Shown here: piece by piece, positions 14,561-23,938 of the stretch
How positions within the stretch are numbered: the first letter of the stretch is position 1
Layout of the letters: each line of letters opens with the position of its first letter
NCBI GenBank assembly: GCA_016209895.1
Contig: JACQVH010000261.1
Location: forward strand, 12,943 to 76,942
Reading direction: 5' to 3'
Length of the DNA: 64,000 bases
From: Candidatus Hydrogenedentota bacterium
Lineage (GTDB): Bacteria; Hydrogenedentota; Hydrogenedentia; Hydrogenedentales; SLHB01
The notes under the pieces: model-generated
The model's input: the letters and a program-made list of their open reading frames with translations, nothing else
Database searches by the model: none
Told to the model about the DNA's origin: nothing
Position numbers and translations under genes: made by a program

Positions 14561-16424
14561 TGGGCGCAGCGCTTCTTGGTGTAACACCGGAACGTGCGCG
14601 GGAGAGGGCCATTGCGAAGCCCCGGAGGGCCGCGATGGCGCCGAGCAGACGGGTGTGATTTCGACCGGCCAAGTGTTCCTTCCAAATCCGGCGGAGGAAT
14701 TCCGGCCGCAACACGGCATCGGATTCCGGCTGCGGCTCCATGCAAATGCAATCCATCCAAGCTCGCAGCGGGCCACGCAGCCAGTTTGCAAAATCCACGG
14801 GCGACTGGCGCGCGGTGATCTCCGGCCTGCCAAGGCGCAATTCGAGCACGCGGCAGCCTTTCAAGAACGCCTTCGCGGGGATGGTCATCCATTCCGGCGT
14901 GCCGGCGGGCAATAGCGTACGCTGGTAGCGAATGCGCGCGGCTTCTGGAAACGCGCGGAGCAGCATGGCGCGGTAAATCTTGTGCTCGACACGAAACCGC
15001 GCCGGTATGCGTAGGATCAGGTCAATTAAGTCGTAGTCGAAGAAACACGCGGCGGATTCTGTCACCTCGCGGATCAGCACGGTTCCCATTGCAGTAAGGC
15101 GACGTTCGCGGTTTTCCAGGAAGAATCGGTCCGCGGTATCCGGGGTGGTCCCACGCCGCGCGCCTTCCAGCAAGTCGCGGAAAACCGACGAGACACGCTC
15201 CTCTTCGGTAAGCGCGTTGGCCTCGGGCAGCGCTTCGGACAGGCGTGACTCCGGAAGCAGCGTATCGCGCCACGCAAAGAGGCGGCGCGCCAATTCATCC
15301 GTGGAAACGGGCGACATCCACGCCGGACGTAAGAAGGAGCCGCCCAGGACCAGTCCCCCCGCAAATCCGTTCAGGACCAGGTCGGTATGCTCCTCGAGGA
15401 CATGGAGGTGCGCGAGCATGTGGCAATCAAAGAAGTTGATCAGACCTTCCGAAATGCGCGCACCGGATTCAAACCGAGCTTCGAAGTTTTGATACGCGTA
15501 CTCGTGATCGTGGTGTTGCGTGCCGTAACACTGTGCCACGTCCCGCGCGAATTGCCGGTCGTAGCACGCGGACTTGCCCCAGGTAAACGTCTGCACGGGA
15601 ATCCCCAGCCCCCGGGCCGCCGCGACCAGACACCGGGAATCGAGCCCGCCGCTCAGTGTCACGCCAATCCGGTGGTGAGTCGCGCACTGACGACGGACGC
15701 CGTCCACCAGCCGTTCACCAAGCTGCGCCGCGAGGTCGGTGAACGACGGCTCGCGGTCATCAGGCGCGTACTCATAGTGCCAATACCGGCGCCAGGAGAG
15801 ATCGTCTCTCGTTTTCACGAGCACCGTAGCCTGCGGGAACGTCTCGACGCCTTTCACAAGCGTGGTTTCGCCAAGGTAGTCATCAAGAGTCAGGAGTTGC
15901 GCGACCCCGACCCGATTCCACTCACCGGACACGACGCCCGCAAGTACGGAGCAAAGCACGCGGCCGGCCAGACAGAAGCGTCCTTCACGATGCGACCAAT
16001 ACATCGGATACAAGCCGTAGCGGTCGTTTGCGGCGACAAGCCTCTGGCGAGTCGGGTCCCAGAAGGCCGCGAAGAACGCCCCGTTCATGTCCGGCAAGCA
16101 GGCTTCCAGTTTTTCCTCGAGGAGCAGTTCCGCAAAGACTTCCAGGTGAGTCTTCAACCCCGGGTGCTCTTGCTGGAATCGTCGCAGGAAATCACACTCG
16201 TGCAGTTCGCCCAGTAGCAGTCCCCAGCAACGGTGGCGCGGCAGATACCGCGGCATTACCCCTTGTCGAAATTTATCCGGCGAGACCAGACCCAGCAGGG
16301 CGCCTTCCGTAACGGTGAAGTGATTTACCGTTTCGTTGCCGTACGCCAGTTGCGCGGCGAGTCGCGGCGCCAATTCCCGCAGTTCTTCCCCGGACGCGGC
16401 CTGGACAATATACGCGCCGCTCAT
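14544..16424 (-). CDS. Asparagine synthetase (AsnB)-family amidotransferase homolog lacking the N-terminal catalytic Cys. Member of the polysaccharide cluster.
   Basis: 626 aa with the PP-loop SGGLDS. The N-terminus is MSGAYIV rather than MCG, so the glutaminase nucleophile is absent. It is embedded among glycosyltransferases. Confidence 0.82.
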   Translation of the reverse strand: MSGAYIVQAASGEELRELAPRLAAQLAYGNETVNHFTVTEGALLGLVSPDKFRQGVMPRYLPRHRCWGLLLGELHECDFLRRFQQEHPGLKTHLEVFAELLLEEKLEACLPDMNGAFFAAFWDPTRQRLVAANDRYGLYPMYWSHREGRFCLAGRVLCSVLAGVVSGEWNRVGVAQLLTLDDYLGETTLVKGVETFPQATVLVKTRDDLSWRRYWHYEYAPDDREPSFTDLAAQLGERLVDGVRRQCATHHRIGVTLSGGLDSRCLVAAARGLGIPVQTFTWGKSACYDRQFARDVAQCYGTQHHDHEYAYQNFEARFESGARISEGLINFFDCHMLAHLHVLEEHTDLVLNGFAGGLVLGGSFLRPAWMSPVSTDELARRLFAWRDTLLPESRLSEALPEANALTEEERVSSVFRDLLEGARRGTTPDTADRFFLENRERRLTAMGTVLIREVTESAACFFDYDLIDLILRIPARFRVEHKIYRAMLLRAFPEAARIRYQRTLLPAGTPEWMTIPAKAFLKGCRVLELRLGRPEITARQSPVDFANWLRGPLRAWMDCICMEPQPESDAVLRPEFLRRIWKEHLAGRNHTRLLGAIAALRGFAMALSRARSGVTPRSAAPIEISS

Positions 16425-17437
16425 TTTGGCGCTCCGCTACTCGCCCCGCGTACACCCCGAATCAGCCAAAGCCCGATGCCCGCCGCAATCGGTATCTTGG
16501 CAAAATAGGTGTGCACGGCATAAAGCGCGGCAACGCCATTCGAGTATCCCCTGGCGCGAAATTGAATGTGCTTACGGCCTAGAAGCGCGAGCAGTGCAAG
16601 AATTACGCCGGCGGAAACGAGCCACGAGTCCAGAAACAAGGCAATCACAGAAAGCACGAGCACCACGCCCCAAATCAGGTTGCTGATCGTTTCTCGCAGC
16701 CACAACCGATCCGTCGAGTGAAAGCAACGGGACGCGACCGCGGCGTAGGTGAGGCCACAACGAACATTCCGCCGCCAGTAGTCGCCGAATCCGCGGAAGG
16801 CGAGGTCGTGATTCGCCATCGGCCGGTTCAATTGGTAAATCTTCATGCCGAGTTCGTTGCGAATGCGCCAACAAAAGACCGGCTCCTCGCCGTAAGGCAG
16901 GTCTTCGGGAAATCCGCCCAACTTTTCGAGGACTTCTCGCCGATACAGGGCCGCGCCGCCGCAGTGGCGTATCGGGCCTTCGCGCGGGGCCCAATCAATT
17001 TGGAGCGCTTTGAACCAGGGATTGGCGTTGGCCTCGATCAGATTTCCGCATACGGCGGCGATTTCAGGATGGTCGTGGAGAAAGCCCAATGCCGTCTTCG
17101 GCCAGTCCGGGTACAGCGTCATGTCGCCGTCTACGAACTGGATGAAACGCCCACACGCCGCCGCGAATCCGACGTTACGGTTCTCCGAAGCGCGCCGTCG
17201 CTTCTCGCCCCCGAGGCTCTGGTCCACACCTGCGACTTGTGCCACCTCCCGGCTTTGGTCCTCAGAACCGCCATCCACGTAGATCAACTCGTAGACAAGG
17301 CCCGAAAGCTCCGCGACGCGGATGGACTGAAGACACTTATCGAGCAAGGCTGCTTCGTTGTACCCAATGACAACAAACGAAAGGATGATTTCAGAAGGGG
17401 CGTCGCCAACTTCCGGTATTATGCACGAATCCAACAT
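16421..17437 (-). CDS. Family 2 glycosyltransferase with C-terminal transmembrane helices.
   Basis: LSFVVIGYNEAALLDKCLQSI...YVDGGSEDQS...VDGDM, followed by membrane segments. 4-nt overlap with the AsnB-like gene. Confidence 0.85.
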   Translation of the reverse strand: MLDSCIIPEVGDAPSEIILSFVVIGYNEAALLDKCLQSIRVAELSGLVYELIYVDGGSEDQSREVAQVAGVDQSLGGEKRRRASENRNVGFAAACGRFIQFVDGDMTLYPDWPKTALGFLHDHPEIAAVCGNLIEANANPWFKALQIDWAPREGPIRHCGGAALYRREVLEKLGGFPEDLPYGEEPVFCWRIRNELGMKIYQLNRPMANHDLAFRGFGDYWRRNVRCGLTYAAVASRCFHSTDRLWLRETISNLIWGVVLVLSVIALFLDSWLVSAGVILALLALLGRKHIQFRARGYSNGVAALYAVHTYFAKIPIAAGIGLWLIRGVRGASSGAPK

Positions 17438-17570
17438 TCAGTCCGCCACTCGGATGCCTTGCGCCCGAGAGATATCCACGTCGTTCTCCCGCCCCGGCAA
17501 ATCGCTCCTCCTACGAAGACGGCGGGGCTATCTTCGAGCACAACAGGCTTTCCATCGGATGATTCATACT

Positions 17571-18500
17571 TCACATTTCAGCCTTTTTGACTTTCGGCGC
17601 GAGCCAACCCAGTCCGATGCGTTTCAGTTGCCATTGGTGCAGGTGCCTTCGAAATTCCAGGTCCGGGTAGCGCGGCTTTCTCTTGAGCATGGCCTCGAAG
17701 TACCCGGCGATAATCAAGAGACCCCCGATAATAAAGGGCCGTTCCCACATGCGAAACATGCCGCTCGCGAAGATATAGAGCGGGTGCGTGCCCATGAACC
17801 ATTGACCGCGTCCCCAGCGCAGACGCCCGTGAAAGATGCTGCGGTGCGACGAGCCCATGAGGCGATGGTGCAGGATGCGCAAATGAGGGTCGCGAAAGCT
17901 GCGCGTTTTCCAGCCGAACATGCGGGCGCGATGGAAATCAATGCCGTCCCACATCACCTCCGGTACGAACCCGCCAATGGCCTCGAAACTCTCCCGGCGG
18001 TAAAACTTCGCCGCGCCGGATACCTGTTCGTCAATGATGCGCTCTTCAAACGGTTTGCCGCGCGTCGGATTGAACACCTTGCCGCTCGCCGCGCCCAGCT
18101 TCGGGTCTTCTTCCATTTTCTTGACGATGTTCTCGAAATAATCATCCGGCAAGGTGACATCCGCATCCAACTTGCAGAGATAGGCGTAATCGCTGGTTCG
18201 CAGCGTGTTAAAGCCCGCATAAAAGGCCTCGATCACGCCCCCGCCCAGTTTGCGCTCGCCCCGATCGGCCCGATGCACGACCCGAATCCAAGGATGTTGC
18301 TTCGCCGCTTCCTCCGCGATCCGCCCGGTGGCGTCCGTCGAGCCGTCGTCCACCACCACGCACTCGACCGGAGGCGCCGTCTGACGAATCAAACAATCGA
18401 GCGTGTGCCGGATGAATCGCTCCTCGTTTCGGCTGGGCATAATGATGATGTAACGCCGATTCGGGGTCGCGGATGGTGTCTCGAAATTCTTCACGCTCAC
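17571..18500 (-). CDS. Family 2 glycosyltransferase.
   Basis: IIIMPSRNEERFIRHTLDCLIRQT...VVVDDGSTDAT...KLDADV. Confidence 0.85.
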   Translation of the reverse strand: MSVKNFETPSATPNRRYIIIMPSRNEERFIRHTLDCLIRQTAPPVECVVVDDGSTDATGRIAEEAAKQHPWIRVVHRADRGERKLGGGVIEAFYAGFNTLRTSDYAYLCKLDADVTLPDDYFENIVKKMEEDPKLGAASGKVFNPTRGKPFEERIIDEQVSGAAKFYRRESFEAIGGFVPEVMWDGIDFHRARMFGWKTRSFRDPHLRILHHRLMGSSHRSIFHGRLRWGRGQWFMGTHPLYIFASGMFRMWERPFIIGGLLIIAGYFEAMLKRKPRYPDLEFRRHLHQWQLKRIGLGWLAPKVKKAEM

Positions 18501-18503
18501 GTT

Positions 18504-19829
18504 TTACCGACTCTCGATCGCGGCTGCAAACTTCTGTTTCAGGAGAGCCGCGTTTCCCGACGAATTGAATTCAATCTCAACCGTCTTGCGAGCGTGACGC
18601 GTGATTCGCGCAGCAAGCTCCCGATTTGTGATCAGCGTCTCGATCTTCTGCGCCAAAACCGCCGCGTCGCCTGGAGGCGCGAGCAGCCCGTTCTCCCCGT
18701 CATGCACCAGTTCCGGAATGCCGGAAATAGTAGTCGAGATTACCGGCACCCCGAGCGCCATCGCTTCCATCAGCACCACCGGAATGCCGTCCCGGTCGCC
18801 CGACTTCGCGACGACACATGGCAGCACGAACAGGTCCGCATCACGGAATAATTCACGGACCCGTTCCTGGGGCTGACTGCCAAGCAGTTCCACGCCGTCA
18901 CCAAGGGACTTCTCGGCAATCATCGCCTGAAGCTCAGCGAACAATGGCCCATCGCCCGCGATGCGGCATCGGAACGCAGGGCCACGCTGTCGCACCAGGG
19001 ACAGCGCCTCGATCAAATGCGCGATGCCCTTCTTTTCGACGAGTCGTCCCACGCAGAGAATATTCGCGGGCGCGGCAGACCGTTGTGGCTCCCGCCACGC
19101 GTATTCCGTAACGTCTACGCCGCAACGGACGACATAGAGCTTGGTTGGATCGCAGCCATACTCGATCAAGTAGCGCCGATTATATTCCGAAACGCACGCC
19201 GCGAATGCGGAGCGGGCCACTTTCTTCCGAAGTAGCGTAGGCCGTTCGAAGATGTCGTTGGCGTGTGCCGTGAAGCTGTATGAGATTCCCGTAAGCATGG
19301 CCGCGTACATCGCGATTGACGTCGGCACATGCGCAAAGTGCGCATGGATGTGTTGCACGCCGGCCTTTTCCAGATCGTCGGCCAAAAGGTGGGCGACGTT
19401 AAAGTGCCAACTGAGTTTCAAACTATCGCTAAGGCTGAGTCCTCTTTCGAAGAGGGCGTCGGTTCCAGTGAGAAAGCCCAAGCCAATCGAACGCAGCGGA
19501 CCGCGCAAAAACCTCTTGTAACCGCTGTAGCCGCCCAGAGCAATCGCAGTCTTCGAGTAATCGTAGACAAACTTCGTCTCCGCCACGAGCGGGCGCGCCT
19601 CCTCCGATATTACGGCGTCCTTCGGACGGTACGTGGAAAACGGCACGACCCGCACACCATCGCGCCGCAAAGCCTTAATCTCGCGGTAGATAAACGTGGA
19701 GGTTACGGCCCCAAGTTCCGGCGCGAGGTAGGCCACCGTTAGCTCTTTCTCTTTCACCACGGTGGCTGACTCCTCCCAACCGGCCCACGAATTCTGCAAA
19801 CAGGATAGAACGAAGTTTACGTCAGCCAA
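18504..19829 (-). CDS. Family 4 (GT-B) glycosyltransferase.
   Basis: C-terminal ...LFVLPCVVAKSGDRDGIPVVLMEAMALGVPVISTTISGIPELV...ENG is the GT4 EX7E-type region. Confidence 0.85.
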   Translation of the reverse strand: MADVNFVLSCLQNSWAGWEESATVVKEKELTVAYLAPELGAVTSTFIYREIKALRRDGVRVVPFSTYRPKDAVISEEARPLVAETKFVYDYSKTAIALGGYSGYKRFLRGPLRSIGLGFLTGTDALFERGLSLSDSLKLSWHFNVAHLLADDLEKAGVQHIHAHFAHVPTSIAMYAAMLTGISYSFTAHANDIFERPTLLRKKVARSAFAACVSEYNRRYLIEYGCDPTKLYVVRCGVDVTEYAWREPQRSAAPANILCVGRLVEKKGIAHLIEALSLVRQRGPAFRCRIAGDGPLFAELQAMIAEKSLGDGVELLGSQPQERVRELFRDADLFVLPCVVAKSGDRDGIPVVLMEAMALGVPVISTTISGIPELVHDGENGLLAPPGDAAVLAQKIETLITNRELAARITRHARKTVEIEFNSSGNAALLKQKFAAAIESR

Positions 19830-19981
19830 CGCCAGCGGTCAATCAGACTTGGTCCTCCGGACCAATTAGGTCCTATCGCGAGGTGTAGCAAACCGTGTGC
19901 AAAGCCCACCTCGCTTCCGCCAGCGTGACAGAATTCGTAATTTTCGAAGCCGGCATCCGTTTTTTAGTGTTCACAGCATGG

Positions 19982-20010
19982 TTGACATTTTCCAATATTG
20001 CCGCTATCAT
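19982..20010 (+). promoter_or_regulatory. Sigma70-like promoter (TTGACA, 17 nt, TATCAT) in the divergent region between the polysaccharide and pilin operons.
   Basis: gTTGACAttttccaatattgccgcTATCATagc reads directly as a -35/-10 pair with 17-nt spacing, about 70 nt upstream of the 20083 start. Confidence 0.35.
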
Positions 20011-20082
20011 AGCTGCCGTCCTTGTCGGGTGCGCGGGCGGCGCCGGTCAAGGCTCGGCAACGTGACGCGGGAGGGATAACTA

Positions 20083-20613
20083 GTGGCACGCAAGTGGGGA
20101 AGCGCTCGGCCATGGGTAGCGTACTCTAAGTCGGGCTTCACGCTCATCGAGATACTCACCGCGATTGTCGTACTCGGAGTCGCGACCTCAATCATCATTT
20201 CGACCTTCCTTCAGAGCCGGGACCTCGCGCAGAGCAGCCGCAGCCGGAAACTGGCGACCACATTTGCGCAGGAGCAGTTGCTGGCGATAACCACCCAGCC
20301 CGGCAGATTCGACTGGTCGGCGCTAAAATCCGCTGAGGCCGGCAAGACGGCGGAGATCGCGTTGGTGGGAGAGACTACCGAAGGCTCGCGCGTAATGTTG
20401 CCGCCCGGCACGTTGCCGACGAATCCGCGCGCCGCGAACCGGGAAGAGGGCTTCTACAGCATCCTGGAATGGCGGGCCTTTGCCCGGCGTCCCAGTCCGG
20501 AGGCGCACTGGGTGGAGGTCACAGTGGCGATTCACTGGCTAGACCAGGGGCGACGGCAGTCGCTGGCTTTGACTTCGAGCATGCCGGCCGGATCGCTGGA
20601 GGGCATCGCATGA
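20083..20613 (+). CDS. Prepilin-type pilin/pseudopilin.
   Basis: MARKWGSARPWVAYSKSGFTLIEILTAIVVLGVATSIII: leader, then the G-FTLIE motif and a hydrophobic helix. Confidence 0.75.
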   Translation: MARKWGSARPWVAYSKSGFTLIEILTAIVVLGVATSIIISTFLQSRDLAQSSRSRKLATTFAQEQLLAITTQPGRFDWSALKSAEAGKTAEIALVGETTEGSRVMLPPGTLPTNPRAANREEGFYSILEWRAFARRPSPEAHWVEVTVAIHWLDQGRRQSLALTSSMPAGSLEGIA

Positions 20614-21248
20614 CACCGAGACATCGCGAGGCGGGATTCAGCTTGCAAGAATTGTTGGTATCGATAGTGATGATGGGCGTGGTAACCACCATCGCCGCAG
20701 TCATGTACAGCTCCATGGCGTCCCTGTGGCAGCAAATGGAAACGCGCGCCGTGTTGGATGACCGGGCCGACCGCGTCTTTGAGACGATGGCCGAGGACTT
20801 CAGCGCCGTGATTTCGCCCCGGCTCACCGGGACCTCGATAAAAGGCGCCTCCGCAACCGCCCGTGACGATGAACATTACTTCCAACTCGCGCTCGAAGAC
20901 GATAAGATCATCCTGCCGATCCTGACCATGCTCGGACCGGATAAACGAAAGGCGAGCGTCGCCGTCCTTTACCAGATACAACGGGACCAAGGCCAGGCGG
21001 TCTTGACACGGACCTTCGGTCCGCTCACCATCGAGTCCCCCAAAGGACTCGTTGAATCCCTCGATGACGGCGTAATTCGAATGAAGATCGAGTATGCGAA
21101 GGCGGCCGGGGGTGAAGAATGGGTGAACTCATGGACGGAACCGACCTTGCCGCGGGCGGTCCGCGTGAGCTTGGTGCTCGTGGACAACCCGGCATATCCC
21201 AGGGAACAAGTGGCGCGGAAGGCGGTTTTCGCCGTTCCGGTGGAGTAA
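20610..21248 (+). CDS. Prepilin-type pseudopilin. Start at an internal ATG that overlaps the upstream stop (ATGA).
   Basis: MTPRHREAGFSLQELLVSIVMMGVVTTIAAV has the G-FSLQE motif. The track ORF starts 141 nt upstream, inside the preceding gene. Confidence 0.7.
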   Translation: MTPRHREAGFSLQELLVSIVMMGVVTTIAAVMYSSMASLWQQMETRAVLDDRADRVFETMAEDFSAVISPRLTGTSIKGASATARDDEHYFQLALEDDKIILPILTMLGPDKRKASVAVLYQIQRDQGQAVLTRTFGPLTIESPKGLVESLDDGVIRMKIEYAKAAGGEEWVNSWTEPTLPRAVRVSLVLVDNPAYPREQVARKAVFAVPVE

Positions 21249-21275
21249 AACGTGGACGTGTGTAGGTACCGACTG

Positions 21276-22271
21276 ATGAAACGACGCGAAATTGGAGCGG
21301 CTCTGCTCACGGCACTCGCGCTGCTGATGATTTTTTCCATTCTCGGCGCGGCCTATCTCAAATTCATGGTCATAGACGCGGAAAGTACGGCCCATGACGT
21401 CCTCGTCGCACAAGCCCAGGCCGTGGCGAATGGCGGCGTGTACGCGGCCATCGGCGAAATCGGCGCGGCGCTGGCGGCGGGGAAGGCGCCGGCGGGAAAG
21501 TTAGACATCGAGTATCCGATTTACGACCTTGATCGCGACGATTCCCATAAATTGGTCGCTCGGGAACTGGAAAAGTGCAAAGTCACGATAACGGTAAGCG
21601 ATGAATGCGCGCGCGTGAATCTCAACTTCGCGCCGACGCGCGTGCTCGAGGCCGTGCTCGGGGTGGACGGCAATACCGCCCGGCGGATTCGCAGCAGCCT
21701 CCCCCGCCAAGACGAATTGACGGAGAGCGTCGTAGTCACCCCCGGACAGCGACAGTGGTTTGCCAGTGTCGAGGAATTGGTCACCCGAGGGTTCATGGCG
21801 GATGCCGCCTTCGCGAAGATAAATCCGAACTTGCTGACCGTATGCTCGGTCCCCGACTTGGATAATCCGAGCGGATTCATTAACGTCAATTCGGCGCCCC
21901 CGGAAGTCCTGGCCGCCGTTTTAGGCATTTCTATCGAAGCGGCCCAGCCGGCCATCGCGAAGCGACCGTTTACCAGCGTGAATGATTTGGCCGCCGCCGC
22001 CGGGAAAGACCCCGCGGCCTTCACCGTGCACACCGCGCCCGACGTGCCGGGAACGTTGCCTAAAGAATTAACTCTCCAGTCCCGTTGCTATCGCGTGGAG
22101 AGCCGGGCGGCAGTCACCCGCGGACCGACCGAGTTGATCGCGGCGGAACGCGGCGCGACCGCCATCATCTGGTTCAAGGAGGGCGGAAGTCCCGAAATCG
22201 TATACTGGAACGGATCGTACGAACAACCGGCGGACGAGGTCTCGACGGCAGGCCCGGACGCAGGTTCGTAG
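21276..22271 (+). CDS. GspK-like (T2SS minor pseudopilin K / PilX-like) protein with helix-hairpin-helix motifs.
   Basis: MKRREIGAALLTALALLMIFSILGAAYL N-terminus (GspK type, no Glu+5). INVNSAPPEVLAAVLGI and NLNFAPTRVLEAVLGV HhH-like motifs are typical of GspK. Confidence 0.6.
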   Translation: MKRREIGAALLTALALLMIFSILGAAYLKFMVIDAESTAHDVLVAQAQAVANGGVYAAIGEIGAALAAGKAPAGKLDIEYPIYDLDRDDSHKLVARELEKCKVTITVSDECARVNLNFAPTRVLEAVLGVDGNTARRIRSSLPRQDELTESVVVTPGQRQWFASVEELVTRGFMADAAFAKINPNLLTVCSVPDLDNPSGFINVNSAPPEVLAAVLGISIEAAQPAIAKRPFTSVNDLAAAAGKDPAAFTVHTAPDVPGTLPKELTLQSRCYRVESRAAVTRGPTELIAAERGATAIIWFKEGGSPEIVYWNGSYEQPADEVSTAGPDAGS

Positions 22272-22334
22272 ATACAGCAATCATAGTGACCGGCGAAATC
22301 GCAAAACGCACTAAAGGATGGAGGATGGGAAGTT

Positions 22335-23537
22335 ATGCCGACCCCAGCGGATAGGCCCGCCGAAGCGATCAAGCGTGTACGGCGCGGCGCCAAAAAAATC
22401 GCGAGTGTTTCAACCACAGCGCCCGTCGAGGAGGCGGTGGCGCCACGGCCGCTGGCCATGACCAGCGCGGCGCTGTTTGTCGGTGTCCGGTCGCGGGACG
22501 TTACCACGTTTCTCCGCCAGCTTATCATGCTGGTCGAGGCGGGTACCCCGATCCTGAAGGCGCTTCGAACCTTGGCCGAACGCGGCCAACGGGCCAGTAT
22601 CCGCCACCTGGTGGCCGACATCGCCCAGTACGTCGAAGCGGGGAATCCGCTGTGGCAGGCCTTCGACCGCCACCCGCGCCAATTCTCGCCCGTCTTCGTC
22701 AACCTGATCAAGGCCAGTGAAGCCAGCGGCACGCTCACCACGGTCTTGGAACGGATTGTAACTTACCGCGAGCGCCGGCAGATTCTGGTCAAACGCGTGG
22801 CGGGCGCTATGTTCTACCCGGTGCTGTTGTTGGTCGCGTGCTTCTTCGTGGTCTGGGTCATCACCCGTTGGGTCATCCCGCAATTCGAGGAAATCTTCCA
22901 GCGATTGAATGTGCCCCTGGGCGGGTACACGAAAGGGTTCATCGCGACGACGACGTTTATCGGTGATTTTTACTGGGCGATTATCCTCGTGATCGTAGCG
23001 CTCGTGGCGCTATATCAACTGGCGGTGCGGAGCAGCCCGATGTGGCGCCTGCGGGCGGACCGGATCAAGCTCTCCATCCCCATCGTCGGGCCCATCGCGA
23101 CCGGCTACGCCATCGTGGATTTCACCCGCTACCTGGCCTTACTCCTACGGAGCGGGCTCTCGATGATGGTCACGCTGGACCTGGTCCGCAACGCCATCAA
23201 CAATCGCGCCGTGGCCCGCGTGCTCGATGGTGTTCGTGACGCCGTCGAGCGCGGCGAAGGTCTCGAACAGCCGCTACGCAATGCGCATCGGATCATTCCG
23301 CCGGTGGTGACGGACATGTTGGTAACGGGGGAAGAGTCCGGTCAATTGGACAAGATCGCCGAACAGATCGCCGACACCTACGAGGAAGAGGTCAATATCC
23401 GTATCAGCACCTTGGGCGATGCGCTCGTCCCGGTCGTTACAATTTTCATCGGCGTCATCGTCATCCTCTTGGCCATGGCCGTCTTCCGGCCAATGATTGA
23501 CATGATTGGTCAGCTCCAGGGCGAAGCCGGGGGCTGA
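22335..23537 (+). CDS. Type II secretion / type IV pilus platform protein (GspF/PilC family).
   Basis: 400 aa with two T2SSF-type repeats (LIMLVEAGTPILKAL...; LLRSGLSMMVTLDLV...) and 3 TM segments. Confidence 0.85.
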   Translation: MPTPADRPAEAIKRVRRGAKKIASVSTTAPVEEAVAPRPLAMTSAALFVGVRSRDVTTFLRQLIMLVEAGTPILKALRTLAERGQRASIRHLVADIAQYVEAGNPLWQAFDRHPRQFSPVFVNLIKASEASGTLTTVLERIVTYRERRQILVKRVAGAMFYPVLLLVACFFVVWVITRWVIPQFEEIFQRLNVPLGGYTKGFIATTTFIGDFYWAIILVIVALVALYQLAVRSSPMWRLRADRIKLSIPIVGPIATGYAIVDFTRYLALLLRSGLSMMVTLDLVRNAINNRAVARVLDGVRDAVERGEGLEQPLRNAHRIIPPVVTDMLVTGEESGQLDKIAEQIADTYEEEVNIRISTLGDALVPVVTIFIGVIVILLAMAVFRPMIDMIGQLQGEAGG

Positions 23538-23546
23538 ATTCAAACT

Positions 23547-23596
23547 CGCATTGTGGCGGGGTCGCCAAGTCAGCAACGAATAAAACTTGCGAACCC
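23547..23596 (+). terminator. Candidate terminator hairpin after the GspF-like gene.
   Basis: ggcggggt-(30-nt loop)-accccgcc is an 8-bp GC stem, followed by atcttcattt. Confidence 0.3.
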
Positions 23597-23938
23597 CGCC
23601 ATCTTCATTTGGGAAGTCCTGCTGTCCAATCCTTTCAGACTATCTAATGGTTTCGCAATCGGGGGTTCCCAATCGAGTCTCATGCTCGTAATCGTCAATC
23701 GTAATCGTTCGCTTTGCTAGGCCCTGAAAGGGCATTATATGCGAGTCCAGGGTTAGTCCCGCTTCAAGCGGCACGCCACCCTGGGACACGAGTTAAATGA
23801 TCAACAATTACCCGGAAAGGGTTACATAGCGAATCGAGGCAACCGCGCTCAAGTGGCTCATCCCGGCGCATGTCGCGCGCTTCTTTCCGGACGCGACCGA
23901 TTCATTCAGCGATACGAGTCAAAAGGAGAATTCCCTAT

